Source: Chiloscyllium plagiosum (taxonomy: Eukaryota). From it: 54,476 nt of DNA. Location of the stretch: assembly GCF_004010195.1 (NCBI RefSeq), contig NC_057718.1, positions 16,832,192-16,886,667 on the forward strand, in the 5' to 3' direction. Positions within the stretch are counted from its first letter, which is position 1. Each line of letters begins with the position of its first letter. The notes under the pieces were generated by a model that saw nothing but the letters and a program-made list of their open reading frames with translations, was not told where the DNA came from and did not search any database. Positions 37,396 to 50,523 of the stretch are shown piece by piece. Position numbers and translations under genes: made by a program.

Positions 37396-39210
37396 GAATT
37401 GAATTTATTGTCACGTATACCGAGGCACAGTGAAAAGCTTTGTCTTGCAAGCAATCCAGGCAGATCACACAATTAAGTAGCAGAGATCAGTAAATGATAG
37501 ATAAACTGTGGCAAAAACAAAAACACAGGTACAGGCGAATGTTAAGAGTTTGAGAGTCCATTCAGTATTCTAACAGTAGGGTGGAAGCTATTTCAAAACT
37601 GACTGGTGCATGTGTTCAGGCTTCTGTACCTTCTCCCCAATGGTAGAGATTGCAGAAAAGCATTGCTAGGGTGGGATGGATCTTTGAGAATGCTAGCGGC
37701 CTTTCCTTGATAGCAGGCCTGGTAGATGGATTCCATAGATAGGAGGTTGGCCTTTGTGATTGTTTGGGCTGAGTCCACCACTCTCTGTAACCATCTCCGA
37801 TCTTGAATAGTACAGTTGCTATACCAAGTAGAAATACATCCAGACAGAATGCTCTCGATGGTGCACCTATAAAAGTTTGCAAACTTATTCGCCGTCATGC
37901 CAAGTTTCCTCAGCTGCCTGAGGAAGAAGAGACATTGTTGGGCCTTTGTGACCAGTGCATCCACATGAAGAGTCCAAGAAAGCTTGTTGTGGATGACTAC
38001 TCCCAGGAGCTTGACACTATCCACTTGTTCCACCTTTGTCCTGATAATGTGTAAGGGGGGGGCATAAGTAACATCCCGCCGAGCGTCAATAATTTCCTTT
38101 GTTTTGCTGGCATTGAGAGCTAGGTTGTTCTCAGTGCACCAGTTTTCCAGGTCTTCCACCTGTCTGTAATCTGCTTTGTCGCCAACTGAGATTCAGCCAA
38201 CTATGGTGGAGTCATCAACAAACTTGTGAATGGCATTAGTCTTGGTGAAGCAGTCATGGGTATACAGTGAGTACAATAGTGGACTGAGTACTCTAGTGTT
38301 GAGTGTTAGTGAGGATGAAATATTGTCCCCAATCTTCACTGATTGTGGCCTGTGGGTCAGGAAACTGAGGATCCAGTTACAGAGTGGGGCTTAGTCGGAG
38401 ATCACGAAGTTTAGTAATCCGTCTTGAGGGGGTGATAATGTTGAAGGCTGAACTATAATCAATGAGTAGGATTCTTACGTCGCTGTTCTTGGTGTCAAGA
38501 TGTTCTCAGGAAGAGTGAAGGGTAGGTGATATGACATCTGATGTGGATATGTTGGTCCAATAGGCAAATTAGAACAGGTCAAGAGTAGTGGGGAGGTTGG
38601 AGTTGATTAATGCCATGACCAACCTTTCAAAGCACTTCATGACCACCAAAGTTAGGACCAGTGTGCAGTCACGATTGAGACATGCTGCATGAGGCTTTTT
38701 AGGCACAGGGATGATATTGGCCCTCTTGACACAGGCCGGGACAATCGCCTGCTGCAGGGAGAGGCTGAAGATGTCCGAGAAGAGCTATGCCAGTTTATCT
38801 GCATGTGCTCTGAGTGCACGGCCTAGTACTCCATCTGGTCCCATTGCTTTTCTTAGATTCACATGAAGAAAAACTGATCTGACTTCTGCAGTGGCTGTTG
38901 GGATGGATTCGTCTGGACTTGTCGAAATAAGTGTTACCTCTCCGCCGAAACTCTGCTCAAAGCGAGCGTAGAAGGCGATGAGACGATCTGGGAGGGATGC
39001 ATCATCATCTGCTGTCTTGCAATGTCTCTTTTTAGAATTTGGATGTCATTCAGTCCTTGCCATAGGCACCGGGTTTCTGTCTGGGTCTCTAGTTTGAATA
39101 GTTACTGGTCCTTGGCTGTCTTAATGGCTCTGCGAAGGTCATACGTGGATTCCTTATATTTGAGTGGGTCTCCTAAGGTGAAGGCCTCACGCCTGGTTTT
39201 TAGCAGGTTC
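37396..39210 (-). mobile_element. Rex1/Babar-type LINE, 5'-truncated
   Basis: ORF 37593..38159 (WCTENNLALNASKTKE...LGVVIHNKLSW...KAQQCLFFLRQLRKLG...CTIESILSGCISTWY); short (TCAAT)-like 3' tail at ~37396. Confidence 0.85.
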
Positions 39211-39811
39211 TGTATGGGAGGCAGTCAATGCATGACCAATGGTGTTGTCCTTAAATAATTAAAACAAGATTAAATGAGTTTGTTTAGCAGGTTGAAATTG
39301 GTATGTATGATGTTGTGGGTATCAGAGATGTGGCTGCAAGGGGATCTGTGTTGGAAACTAAATATCCTAAAATTTGCATCCTTTTAAAGGACAGGCAGAT
39401 GGGCAGAGTTGGCACTGTTGCCTTCTGAGCAAGAAATGTAATTAAATCAATAGCAAGAAATGATATAGTGTTGGAAGGTGTAGGACAGGGGTGGGGAACA
39501 TGCAGCCTTCTAGGCCATTGTGTGTGGCCTTTTGAATGAATCCAAATTTTGCAGAACAAATCTTTTATTTTTTTATTAATTTTTTTATTATTTATTTTAG
39601 TCTTTAAAATGAATGTATTTAAAATACCAGAGAGTAAAAGAAAATTCAATGAAATAATCCTCACAGACTGACCGCCACAATTAAAAACTTGGTAAGTCAT
39701 AAGGGCTATTTCGTGAATTTTGAAGAATATTATAATTGAAGTTTCTTAAATGCGGCCTTATTAGATTACAACTAACATAATGCGGCCTTCCAACGTGAAA
39801 AGGTTCCCCAC

Positions 39812-41397
39812 TTTTTCACTCTAGAAAACGACAATGTTGTCGAGGAGAATACTGAGATACAGGCTACTAGGCTAGGTGTGATCGAGGTTCACAAGGAAGA
39901 GGTATTTAGAAATCCTGCAGAGTGTGAAAATACTTAAGTCCCCTGGGCCGGATGGGATTTATCCTGGGAAGCCAGGGACGAGATTGCCGAGCCTTTGGCA
40001 TTGATCTTTAAATCGTCATTGTCTACAGGAATAGTGCCAGAAGACTGGAGGATAGCAAATGTGGTTCCCCTGTTCAAGAAGGGGAGTACAGACAATCCTG
40101 GTAATTATAGACCTGTGAGCCTTACTTCAGTTGTTAGTAAAGTGTTGGAAAAGGTTATAAGAGAGAGGATTTATAATCATCTAGAAAAGAATAATTTGAT
40201 TAGGGATAGTCAGCACTGTTTTGTGAAGAGTAGGTCGTGCCTCACAAACCTTATTGTTCTTTGAGAAGGTGACCAAACAGATAGATGAGAGTAAACCGGT
40301 TGATGTGGTGTATATGGATTTCAGCAAGGCGTTCGATAAGGTTCCCNNNNNNNNNNNNNNNNNNNNNNNNNNNNNNNNNNNNNNNNNNNNNNNNNNNNNN
40401 NNNNNNNNNNNNNNNNNNNNNNNNNNNNNNNNNNNNNNNNNNNNNNNNNNNNNNNNNNNNNNNNNNNNNNNNNNNNNNNNNNNNNNNNNNNNNNNNNNNN
40501 NNNNNNNNNNNNNNNNNNNNNNNNNNNNNNNNNNNNNNNNNNNNNNNNNNNNNNNNNNNNNNNNNNNNNNNNNNNNNNNNNNNNNNNNNNNNNNNNNNNN
40601 NNNNNNNNNNNNNNNNNNNNNNNNNNNNNNNNNNNNNNNNNNNNNNNNNNNNNNNNNNNNNNNNNNNNNNNNNNNNNNNNNNNNNNNNNNNNNNNNNNNN
40701 NNNNNNNNNNNNNNNNNNNNNNNNNNNNNNNNNNNNNNNNNNNNNNNNNNNNNNNNNNNNNNNNNNNNNNNNNNNNNNNNNNNNNNNNNNNNNNNNNNNN
40801 NNNNNNNNNNNNNNNNNNNNNNNNNNNNNNNNNNNNNNNNNNNNNNNNNNNNNNNNNNNNNNGCCACACTTGGAGTATTGTGTACAGTTCTGGTCACCGC
40901 ATTATAAGAAGGATGTGGAAGCTTTGGAAAGGGTGCAGAGGAGATTTACTAGGATGTTGCCTGGTATGGAGAGAAGTCTTATGAGGAAAGGCTGAGGGAC
41001 TTGAGGCTGTTTTCGTTGGAGAGAAGAAGGTTGAGAGGTGACTTAATAGAGACATATAAAATAATCAGAGGGTTAAATAGGGTGGACAGGGAGAGCCTTT
41101 TTCCAAGTATGGTGACGGCGAGCACGAGGGGGCATAGCTAGAAGTTGAGGGGTGATAGATATAGGACACATGTCAGAGGTAGTTTCTTTACTCCGAGAAT
41201 AGTAAGGGTATGGAATGCTTTGCCTGCAATGGTGGTAGATTCACTAACTTTAAGTACATTTAAATCATCATTGGACAAGCATATGGACGTACATGGAATA
41301 GTGTAGGTTAGATGGGCTTCAGATTGGTATGACAGGTCGGCCCAACATCGAGGGCCGAAGGACCTGTACTGCGCTGTAATGTTCCATGTTCTATGTA
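39812..41397 (+). mobile_element. Young 5'-truncated CR1 LINE spanning an N gap
   Basis: PEDWRIANVVPLFKKG, VYMDFSKAFDKVP and [14 protein letters not shown]; 3' tail atgttccatgttctatgt. Confidence 0.9.
40347..40862. other. Assembly gap
   Basis: N run inside a CR1. Confidence 1.
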
Positions 41398-44300
41398 CCT
41401 CTGGTGTAGAATCTGTGTGGGTAAAGTTGAGGGACCACAAAGGAATAAAGACCCTCATGGGTGTTATACAGGTCTCCTAGCCGTAGTCAGCATGTTAGGA
41501 ATCAAATAAATTGGGGAATAGAAATGGCATGCAAGAAAAACAGTTGCAAAAATCATGATGGACTGGGAACATCAAATGTTAATGGATCTCAAGAAACTGA
41601 ATGTGTGGAATGTCTGCAAGATGTTATTTTTGGAGAAGTTTTTGTGGAACCCACTTGGGAACATACAATTTTAGATCTGGTGTGTAGTGAGGTAAAACTG
41701 CTTAGGAACTTTAGGTGAAGGAACTCCTGGGGCAATGACCATAATGAGAGAGAATTCACCCTGCAGTTTGACAGGGAGAAGCTGGAATCGGATGTAATGG
41801 TATTACTAATTGAGTGAAGCTAACTACAATGACATGAGGGAGGAGCTGAACAGAGTTGATTGGAAGGGGAGCCTAGCAGAGAAGATGATGGTGGCACAGC
41901 AATGGCTAGAGTTTCTGGGGGTAATTCTGGAGACGCATTGGGCATTTCAAGATTGGGGGCACATTTTTAAGGTGAGAGGAGAGAGATTTTAAAAAGATAC
42001 GAGGAGCAAATTTTTTACAGGGTGGTTTACATGAGGAATGAACTTCCTGACCAAGTGGGGGATGTGAGTACAATTATAACATTTTAAAAGACATTTGGGT
42101 AAGTATATGAAAAGGAAAGCTTTGTAGGGATATGGGCCAGGAGCAGGCCGGTGGGACTTGTTTATGTTCAGCATAGACTGGATGAACTGAAGGATCTGTT
42201 TCCATACTGTATGACTCTGAGAGGATGAGGCAATCATAACTGATGAGGGAGGTTGGGTCCAGCTTAAAGCAAAAGAGAAAGCATACAATGTGGTCAAGAT
42301 TAGTGGAAAGCCAGAGGATTGGGAAGACTTTAAAAACCAGCAAAGGACAACTAAGAGCAATAACATGGCAGAAGACTAAATATGAGGGTAAGTCAGCTAG
42401 TAATTTAAAGAAATATTGCAAGAGCTATTTTTTAGATATCTGGAAGTAAGAGAGAGTCAAGATGGGCAGAAGACTGCTGGAAAATTAAGCTGGAGAAGTA
42501 GTAATGGGGAACTGAGAAATAGTGGAGGAACTGAATAGGTACTTTGCATCAGCTTTTATAGTGGAAGACACCAGCAGCTACCAGAAGTTTGAGAGAGTCA
42601 GGGGGCAGAGGTAAATGTAGTGGTCATAACTAAGGAAAAGATGCTGGGCAAGAGGTCTGAAGATAGGTAAAACTCTTAAGCCAGGTAGACTACATCCCAG
42701 AGTTCTGAGGGAGAAAGCAGAGAAGATTGTGGGGGGTCATTGTTGATCTTTCAGGAAACAGTGAAGTCAGGGAGACTCCCAGAGGACTAGAAAATGGCTA
42801 AAATAACACCCTTTTTAAGAAGGAAGAGTGGTGGAAGGCAGGAAATTATAGGCTGCTTAGCCTATTCTCAAACATCATTAAAATTTTAGAATCCATTATG
42901 AAGGATGAGATTGCAGAGAAATCGGATGTTCATGGAGAAATAGGGCTGAGTCAGCACGGCTTCGTCATGAGGAGATCATGCCTGACAAATCTGTTAGAAT
43001 TCTTTTGAGCAGGTAACAAGCAAGTTAAACAAGTGAGAGCCAGTGAAGATAATGGGGTCGTTTTCAGGTTGGCCGGGGTCATTTGTCTTATTGAAATTGG
43101 CCTTGTTTCAAATTAACCCTGATGTAATTTAATTTTAGTTTGCAGTGGTTATTCTTGGGTTATTTAAATGAGCTTTGTTGTGCCCTATCCTCTGACATTT
43201 CCTCCCAACATCTCTTCCGTCCCTCTTTCCTACTTTTAAGATGCTGTTTATAACCTTCCTCCTTGACTAAATGTTTAGTCCCCCAACCTGTTATCCACTT
43301 ATGTGGCTCAGTGTGTTGCTCATCCAAAATGCATTGAGATGCTTAATAGAATTAGTGATTGATATAAGTCCAAATTGCTCTTGCTTAACTGAATCAGTTA
43401 TCTTTGCATCCATGTCTCTGAATTGACCTTGTATGCGTTCCTCTGTCCTTGTTCAGTGGTTTAAAATTCAACACCAGGAAATTATTTCTTGATACTACCC
43501 ACATAGGTTCAGCAAATCTTTAACATTGTTTCCGTGCTTTAAGAAGCACTATAGATTCCTTCTGGATCAATGGGTTTAGTAGATCAGAATCTGAAGGACT
43601 ATCCCACTTCTATTTGTATTGTGACTGTTTTGAACCTGCTTGTTACAATTGAGAAGGTTAAATATCGATAATTCCTGACGGGCAATGCATAGTTATGTTG
43701 TGAAGTGGAAAAGTAAATTTCTTGTGTCTAGGATTTGTCAGGCATTTGAACTAAGCCATCTCATTGCAAATATCCTAAACAAAATGTAGAAATGGGTTGA
43801 GATTGTTGTAGTTGTTTACTGAACAACATGGATTAAGAATTGTCTGCATCCCTTTTAACTGAAGAACAAAGTGCTGCTGTTCATTTTAAAAACTGTGGTG
43901 TTTGGTCCATTTACAGAGCTGAAGAAGTTATTTAGATGTGAAGTAAGTTTCAGAAGTGTCTTTCTTATCAGATCATCTTTTTAAAAATAAGCTGTTAACT
44001 ATTTGAATTGATGTTGTATTTGTGTACTTTGGGGAAGCATTGTCATCTTTATGACCGTACTTTAAATTCTGACCAGTAATGACTTTTTGTTCAAACTTTT
44101 TTTGTTTTTACTAAATTATCAACTTAAGGATGCTAATGATGAGTTTTCTCTTTTTGACTGATATTTGATAAGTCAGTAAGCCATGTCCATGTATATTTCC
44201 CTTAAACTTGAACTCTTGTAGCTGTCATGAGTGAGAATTCATTGTGTTGTGCTATTAGGGAAGTGGTTTCTTTATAGAAATGAAATCTTCTAAAAAGCTG

Positions 44301-46779
44301 CATTTTTGGGGAAAATATTTGAGAGGGGTTATGGAAGCTAATTTCTTTTGTGAACCAAGCATAAGCAAAGAAAAATTGAGATTATGCTAACTACTTGAAA
44401 TTGTTGGTATAAAACTCCAGCAAGGAAAAAAGATTAATTTTTCATGACCTACCTTCCTTTATTCAAGGTAACAAGTCATGTTAATTGTACAAAAGGCCCT
44501 GCCAGTGTGATTTGAAATTGCTTGCAGATGTCAAAGAGTAACCTCTGATGCCTTGGTATTTTGTTTCATGTCCTTACTATTTCATTATTAGTCTGATAAA
44601 TATTGGCTAAATACTGGTATATTTCCAATATCTGGACTATTCAGTATTCTAACAAAACATTTCTTGCTCTGAATGTAACACCTGGTAACTCCAGAGTCCT
44701 GGAGAAGCAGATATTCTTAGTTTCTGGCCAGATATGGTGAGAACAAACAATTGCATCATCCAGCTACTGTAAAATTTCACCCAAAGATCTAGTTGCTTAT
44801 GTTTTTCTCAGCTTACTTTTATTCATTCAGTTAAAACTGTGTAAAGAGAAAATTAATGCTGCTGTCTTTACTTTCATCAGCATTGTCATTTATTATTTTG
44901 ATACAGCTGTACACCTAAAGGAACAATACAATTTCATTGTCTCTAATCAATATTAGAATACAGGCTTATTGAGGTTCCCAAAATTCAATAAATTAGCCAT
45001 TAGCCTCCAAGAAGTATACCTTTTATGATTAAACAATGATGAAAGAAGAAATTGCTGTCCTGTAGATGGAAAAAGAAAATTACTTTTATTCCAAAAATAA
45101 TTGAAGATTATCTGCTTTTCAGATGGTGACTGCCTTCAGCTGATGCAATGTTTTATGGATTAAATTGCTTCTGAACCACAGAAAAAAGGCAGTCTTTGTG
45201 CTTAGATGTTAAGAGGAAATGAAATTCCAAGGGAAGTCGTCACTTTTTTTAAAATTGTGATCTGAACTGTAGAGGGGTGGTCTTGGATGACTTCATTTCT
45301 TAAACATGGTGAAAGACATATGACCAATGTCAGCCGGCAGTAGTTTCAGAACATAGCAATGAGTCATATTGTCTAGTCACAATTTCAAGGTCTAACTAAG
45401 TTTGACAATAAGCAATAACTTTTTAAAATTTTATACAAAACAGCATTTTTGAAAAAAAGAAAGCCATGGAGGCAGAATTTCTCCTCTTGGCTGTGCCCCT
45501 TGCCTGATATATCTTCCATAGCCAGTTAGGCAGAATATATTATGTACGGTCCTCAAGTTTCGCATAATACCAATGGAAACAATTTTACTTTCCAGGGAGG
45601 GAAAAATAACCCCCTCTCCATTGTATAAGAATTATTTTTATCATTGGTACTGGAAAAGAATGCACTTTGAAGTTTGGGAAACAAACATTCATAATTACAA
45701 TATTGTTCGTTTGTGTCACCATTTTAAAGGGAAATCTGTTATTACACTTTCTTGAAACTGTCATTCATTCTCAGTTGAATGAAACTCATTAGCACTTGAA
45801 GCTCAGTGAAGCGTTGATAATAGCCACAGCTGTCCAGCACCTATCTGGGAGGGAAACAACATCCGGTCTCATTTCTGTCAATCCATATAAGGAAGCAGGC
45901 AGTTTGATTTTATTTTTTACAAAGGCCAAAGGGGTTTTTTTTTATTTCAGCAAGTGCCATTCAAACCATAGTAGAAATGAAAATAGCATAGTGTCACAAC
46001 ATTTTGTAATACATTCCACTGCACTGTGGTGCTTTTTCCATTTGCAAAACACAAATACATGTCGATCTAAGGATCAAGTTACATTTAAAGGACAGATCTG
46101 TATGATGAATGTCTGCATTATAAATGCATTCACATAATACAGTACCTATTAATGACATTTAAAGATGAGAAAATACTTATCTTTTTAGAATGTTCCAGGC
46201 TTCTTCCCAATTTTCACTTTTCTTCTCAAAAACTCAAACCTGGTGTAATTTTATTGGTCTTCCAAAATCTTGCAACAATGAAAATGGTGTGAATGATTTA
46301 AAATGGGAACCTAATACCAGGAGGGGGAGGATTATATTTTGCACACAAGTAATCCACAAATAAAAAAACAGATCAAACTGTCATGGGGCCAGCAATGTGG
46401 AGAAACACCAGATTCCAGAGAAAAATGAAGTGACCATTCGCGCACAGAAATGCAATTCTGTACCCAAATTAAGGTTCTGCCCAGTATCTTTTTAAAATTT
46501 CAGTAAGTCAGTGCACAGCAGAAATGTTTCAACTTGGCAATTGGAGAAATCACAAGAAACTCAATTCAATTGTGGGTTGAGCTTTAGAATTTTCCTTTCG
46601 GTTCAGTGTAAAGTAGTATCAGCTGAGCTGTTAAGAGTTACCTGTTGGTGCCGAGACATGTCTCTGATTCTAGATCTGAAATTTGTTTTTCTGCTAACAA
46701 TCTGTTAATTTAACAATCATAGTAACTCTCCTTGCTGAGTCTCTTTTTTTTGCTGGAAGCTCATTCGTGTAGCTCTTAA

Positions 46780-48740
46780 CATTTAGAATATAGAAGAGCA
46801 CAGCACAGAACAGGCCCACAATGTTGTGCTGAGGATTGATCCTAATCTAAAATAAAATAACCTAATCTACGCATTCCTCAATTCACTGCTGTCCAAGTGC
46901 ATGTCCAGCAGTTGCTTAAATGTTCCTAATGACTCTGCTTCCACCACCACTGCTGGCAACGCATTCCATGCAATCACAACTCTGCATAAAGAACCTAACT
47001 CTGTCTCCTCTATACCTTCCTCCTCACACCTTTAAACTATGGGGAAAAGTCTCTGGTTATCTACTCTATCCGTGCCTGTCATTACCTTGTACATCTCAAT
47101 CAGGTCACCTCTTCCTCCTGCTCTCCAGAGAGTAAGGTCCAAGCTTAGTCGAACTCTCTTTGTAAGGCAAGCCCTCCAGTCCAGACAACATTCCTGGTAA
47201 ACCTTCTTTGCACCCTCTCCAAAGCCTCCGCATCATTCCAATAATAGGGTGACCAGAACTGGACATAATGTTCCGAGTGTGGTCTCACCATGGTTTTGTA
47301 GAGCTGCAGCAAAACCTGGTGGCTCTTAAACTTGTTTTCCCTGTTAATGAAAGGCAAAACACCATTATGGTTTCTTAACAACTCTATCTACTTGGGATCT
47401 ATGCACTTGCACACCAAGATCCCGCTGTTCCTCCACACTGCCAAGAATCCTGTATTTAATCCTACATTCGATTAGATTGTTCGATCTTCCTAAATGTGGG
47501 CGGCACGGTGGCCCAGTGGTTAGCACTGCTGCCTCACAGCGCCTNNNNNNNNNNNNNNNNNNNNNNNTCCTAAATGCATCACTTTGCATTTATCCAGGTT
47601 GAACTCCATCTGCCATTTCTCAGCCCAGCCTGCATCCCGTCAATGTCATGCTAAAGCCTTCAACAGCCCTCGATGCTATCATCGGCAATTCCAACCTTTT
47701 GTGTCGTCAGCCAATTTACCAACCCACCCCTCAACCTCCTCATCCAAGTCATTTATAAAAACAACCAAGAGCAGAGCCCTGCCGGACACCACTCTTCACT
47801 GACCTCCAGGCAGAATACTTTTTATCTACAACCACTCTCTGCCTTTTGTCAGCCAACCAATTCTGAATCCAGATAGCCAAATCTCCCTGTATCCCATACT
47901 TCCTGACTTTATGCATGAGCCTACCATGGGGAACCTTATCAAATGCCTTGCTGAAGTCCATATACACCACATCCACTGCTCGACCTTCATCGACCTATCT
48001 TGTCACCACCTCAAAGAACTCAATAAGATTTGTGAGGCATGACCTGCCCCTCAAAGCCATGCTGACTGCCTTTAATCACATTATGCTTTTCCAAATAGTC
48101 ATAAATCCTATCCCTCAGAATTCTTTCCAAAACTTTGCTGACCACAGACATAAGACTGACTGGTCTGTAATTGCCAGGGATTTTCTTATTACCCTGCTTG
48201 AAAAGAGGAACAACATTCGCCTTCCTTCAATCCTCTGGTTTGACTCCTGTGGAGAGTGAGAAAGCAAATATGTTCACCATTGGCTTAGCAAACACCTTTC
48301 TCGGTTCCCAGAGCAACCTAGGAAAAATCTGGTCTGGCCCTAGAGACTCATCGATCTTAATGTTTGCCAAAATTTCCAGCACGTCAACTTGCTCAATCTC
48401 TATCTGGTCAAGCCTGTTTCTTGGCTCATCAAAGTTCTCATTCACAACAAGGTTCCTTTCCTTCGTGAAAGCCGAAGCAAAATACTCACTTCGGGCTTCC
48501 CCTATCTGCTCAGACTCCATGCACAAGTTCCCTACGCTATCCCTGACTGGCCCTAACTTCTCCCTGATCATTCTCTTATTCCTCACATAAGTGAAATAAC
48601 TTTGGGTTCTCCCTAATCCTTCCCACCGAGCCTTTTTCATGCTCCCTCCTGACTCTTCTCCATCCATTTTGGAGCTACTGTCTAGTAAGCCTGTAATCCT
48701 CTAAAACTGTGCTAGATCCTTGCTTTCTCCACCTTACATT
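46780..48740 (-). mobile_element. CR1 LINE, degenerate, with SINE insertion
   Basis: EYFASAFTKE, LGPDQIFPRLLWE, DVVYMDFSKAFDKVPHGRL, WIQNWLADKRQRVVV and VQFWSPYY. Confidence 0.88.
47497..47567 (+). mobile_element. Young HE1-type SINE head, remainder lost in N gap; 9-bp TSD
   Basis: gggcggcacggtggcccagtggttagcactgctgcctcacagcgcc then Ns; tcctaaatg at 47488-47496 and 47568-47576. Confidence 0.8.
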
Positions 48741-48855
48741 TCATAGAGATAAATCAGTACTATTTTCCTCCTCTGTAGATTATGATCTAAACCAATTGAA
48801 CCAGATTTTTGAGATTGAAAATGACAAATCAAGTTGGCATGATCAGTGTCAACAT

Positions 48856-48990
48856 AGTTAAAAATCTCACAACACCAGGTTATAGTCCAACAGGTTTATT
48901 TGGAAGCACTAGCTTTAGGAGTGCCGCTTCTTCATCAGGTGGTTGTGACGTTTTGTCCACCCCAGTCCAACACCGGCACTTCGAAGTCAC
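48856..48990 (-). mobile_element. Short tail fragment of a third hammerhead-bearing repeat family (probably PLE-derived)
   Basis: Minus strand ccacctgatgaagaagcggcactcctaaagctagtgcttccaaataaacctgttggactataacctgg. A related decayed copy is at ~15825-15910. Confidence 0.55.
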
Positions 48991-49194
48991 GGTATCAACC
49001 TAAGTATTTTTACTGTTCATATCAAGTCCTGGACTTGAGAATTTCTTTTGCGTTAAGTAGCCCTTGATAGCAGGAAATCAGCGCTGATTTTTTTTGGTCT
49101 GTGTTTCTTATAAAAATCGACAAGTAAAAATAGTCAATGTTTGAAAATGTATGATATAAACTGTTAATATTAAAGGATTTTTTAAGTAATCCAA

Positions 49195-49745
49195 TAGTTA
49201 TGCAAAACCCTCGTTAGGCCCCATTTGGAGTACTGTGAGCAGGTTTGGGCATCTCATCTTAGGAGGGATGTTTTGGTCCTGGAGGGACTTCAACCCAGGT
49301 TTACAAATATGATATCTGGACTTGAGGTTATGTTATGAGGAGAAATTAGACAAATTAGGCCTTTATTTTATGGAATTTAGAAGGTTAATGGGTAGGTGAT
49401 TTGAGGCCTTCATGATATTGACAGAGAAAGGCAGAGTAGATAAAGATTAACTATTGCCACTAGAACCAGTGGCATAGTCTAAAAATTGGAGCCAGGCTAT
49501 TCAAGAGGCATATTTGAAATCACTTCGCACAAAGAGTAGTGGAGGTTTGGAATGCTCTTTCTCAAATGGTGGGCAAGGCTAACTCAATTGCTAAATTTTA
49601 GTCCATGGTGGATAGATTTTTATAAAGTGTGGGTATCAACTGATATGGGCTCAAGGCAGGCAAATGGAGTTTGGCCACAGATCAGCCCAAATCTCTCAAA
49701 ATGATGGAGTAGGTTGAATGGTAATTTCCTGTTCCTACATTCCTA
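49195..49745 (+). mobile_element. Old CR1 3' fragment
   Basis: LVRPHLEYCEQVWASHL remnant and ttcctacattcct tail. Confidence 0.7.
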
Positions 49746-50382
49746 ACTTTCTAGTGAATTAGTGCTGGGTCTTTTAATATTTTGTTAAAGAACTTGTAAA
49801 TCTACTTAAACTGTACTTTTCCATGGAACAGTAAATCGGTTCCCTCCGAGGTAGTCTTTTGTGCTGCAGCAATGATGTATTCGTAAGCACCGAATGGTTT
49901 CAATATCATAGAGCACATTTGCAAATGTTAATTATAAGTCACTATTTGAGTGGCTGAAAGCAATGCATTTATTGTGATGCAGTTGTTTAGTTTACAAAAG
50001 ATTCTTGATGTTATGTGGGAAGAATTAGTGTGTGTAATTAACTCCATAGGAAATCAGTCCACTGTGTAAAAAGAAAGAAAATGTACATTTAGTTGATTTT
50101 GTTTTGATCATTGGCTGTTAATTTTCAGAGGCTGCAAGTACCAGGCAGCTGCACTTTTTATCAGCTGGTGGCTTGTGTATAAATTTCTAGCCTGTTCAAA
50201 TCCAACAGTCTCTGTCATTTCCTGTGATGACTTCTGACATCTGGCTTTAATCAGCGCACAGATTCCACTGACATTTCTAGAAGGATGCATAGTATTCTTG
50301 TCGTACAGTGAAGCATAAGTCGATCCCTAAAACTGTGCCTTCTTTTCTCCACAGGATGACGTAGTTCTTGAAACAACATTGA

Positions 50383-50523
<141 letters not shown>

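Larger units (their letters stand above)
39486..41403. mobile_element. hAT (Charlie-like) non-autonomous DNA transposon, ~330 bp, right TIR split by a CR1
   Basis: Left TIR CAGGGGTGGGGAAC (39486); right TIR GTTCCCCAC (39803-39811) + CTCTG (41399-41403). 8-bp TSD gtgtagga (39478-39485) / gtgtagaa (41404-41411); internal gcggcc repeats. Confidence 0.75.
39250..43070 (+). mobile_element. Old CR1 LINE hosting a hAT MITE, a younger CR1 and a CR1 3' fragment (~41940-42220)
   Basis: Endonuclease region reads across the insertion (DIVLEG|VESVWVKLR...GVLYRSP); later landmarks EYFASAF, SQHGF and SCLTNLLEFF. Confidence 0.75.
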
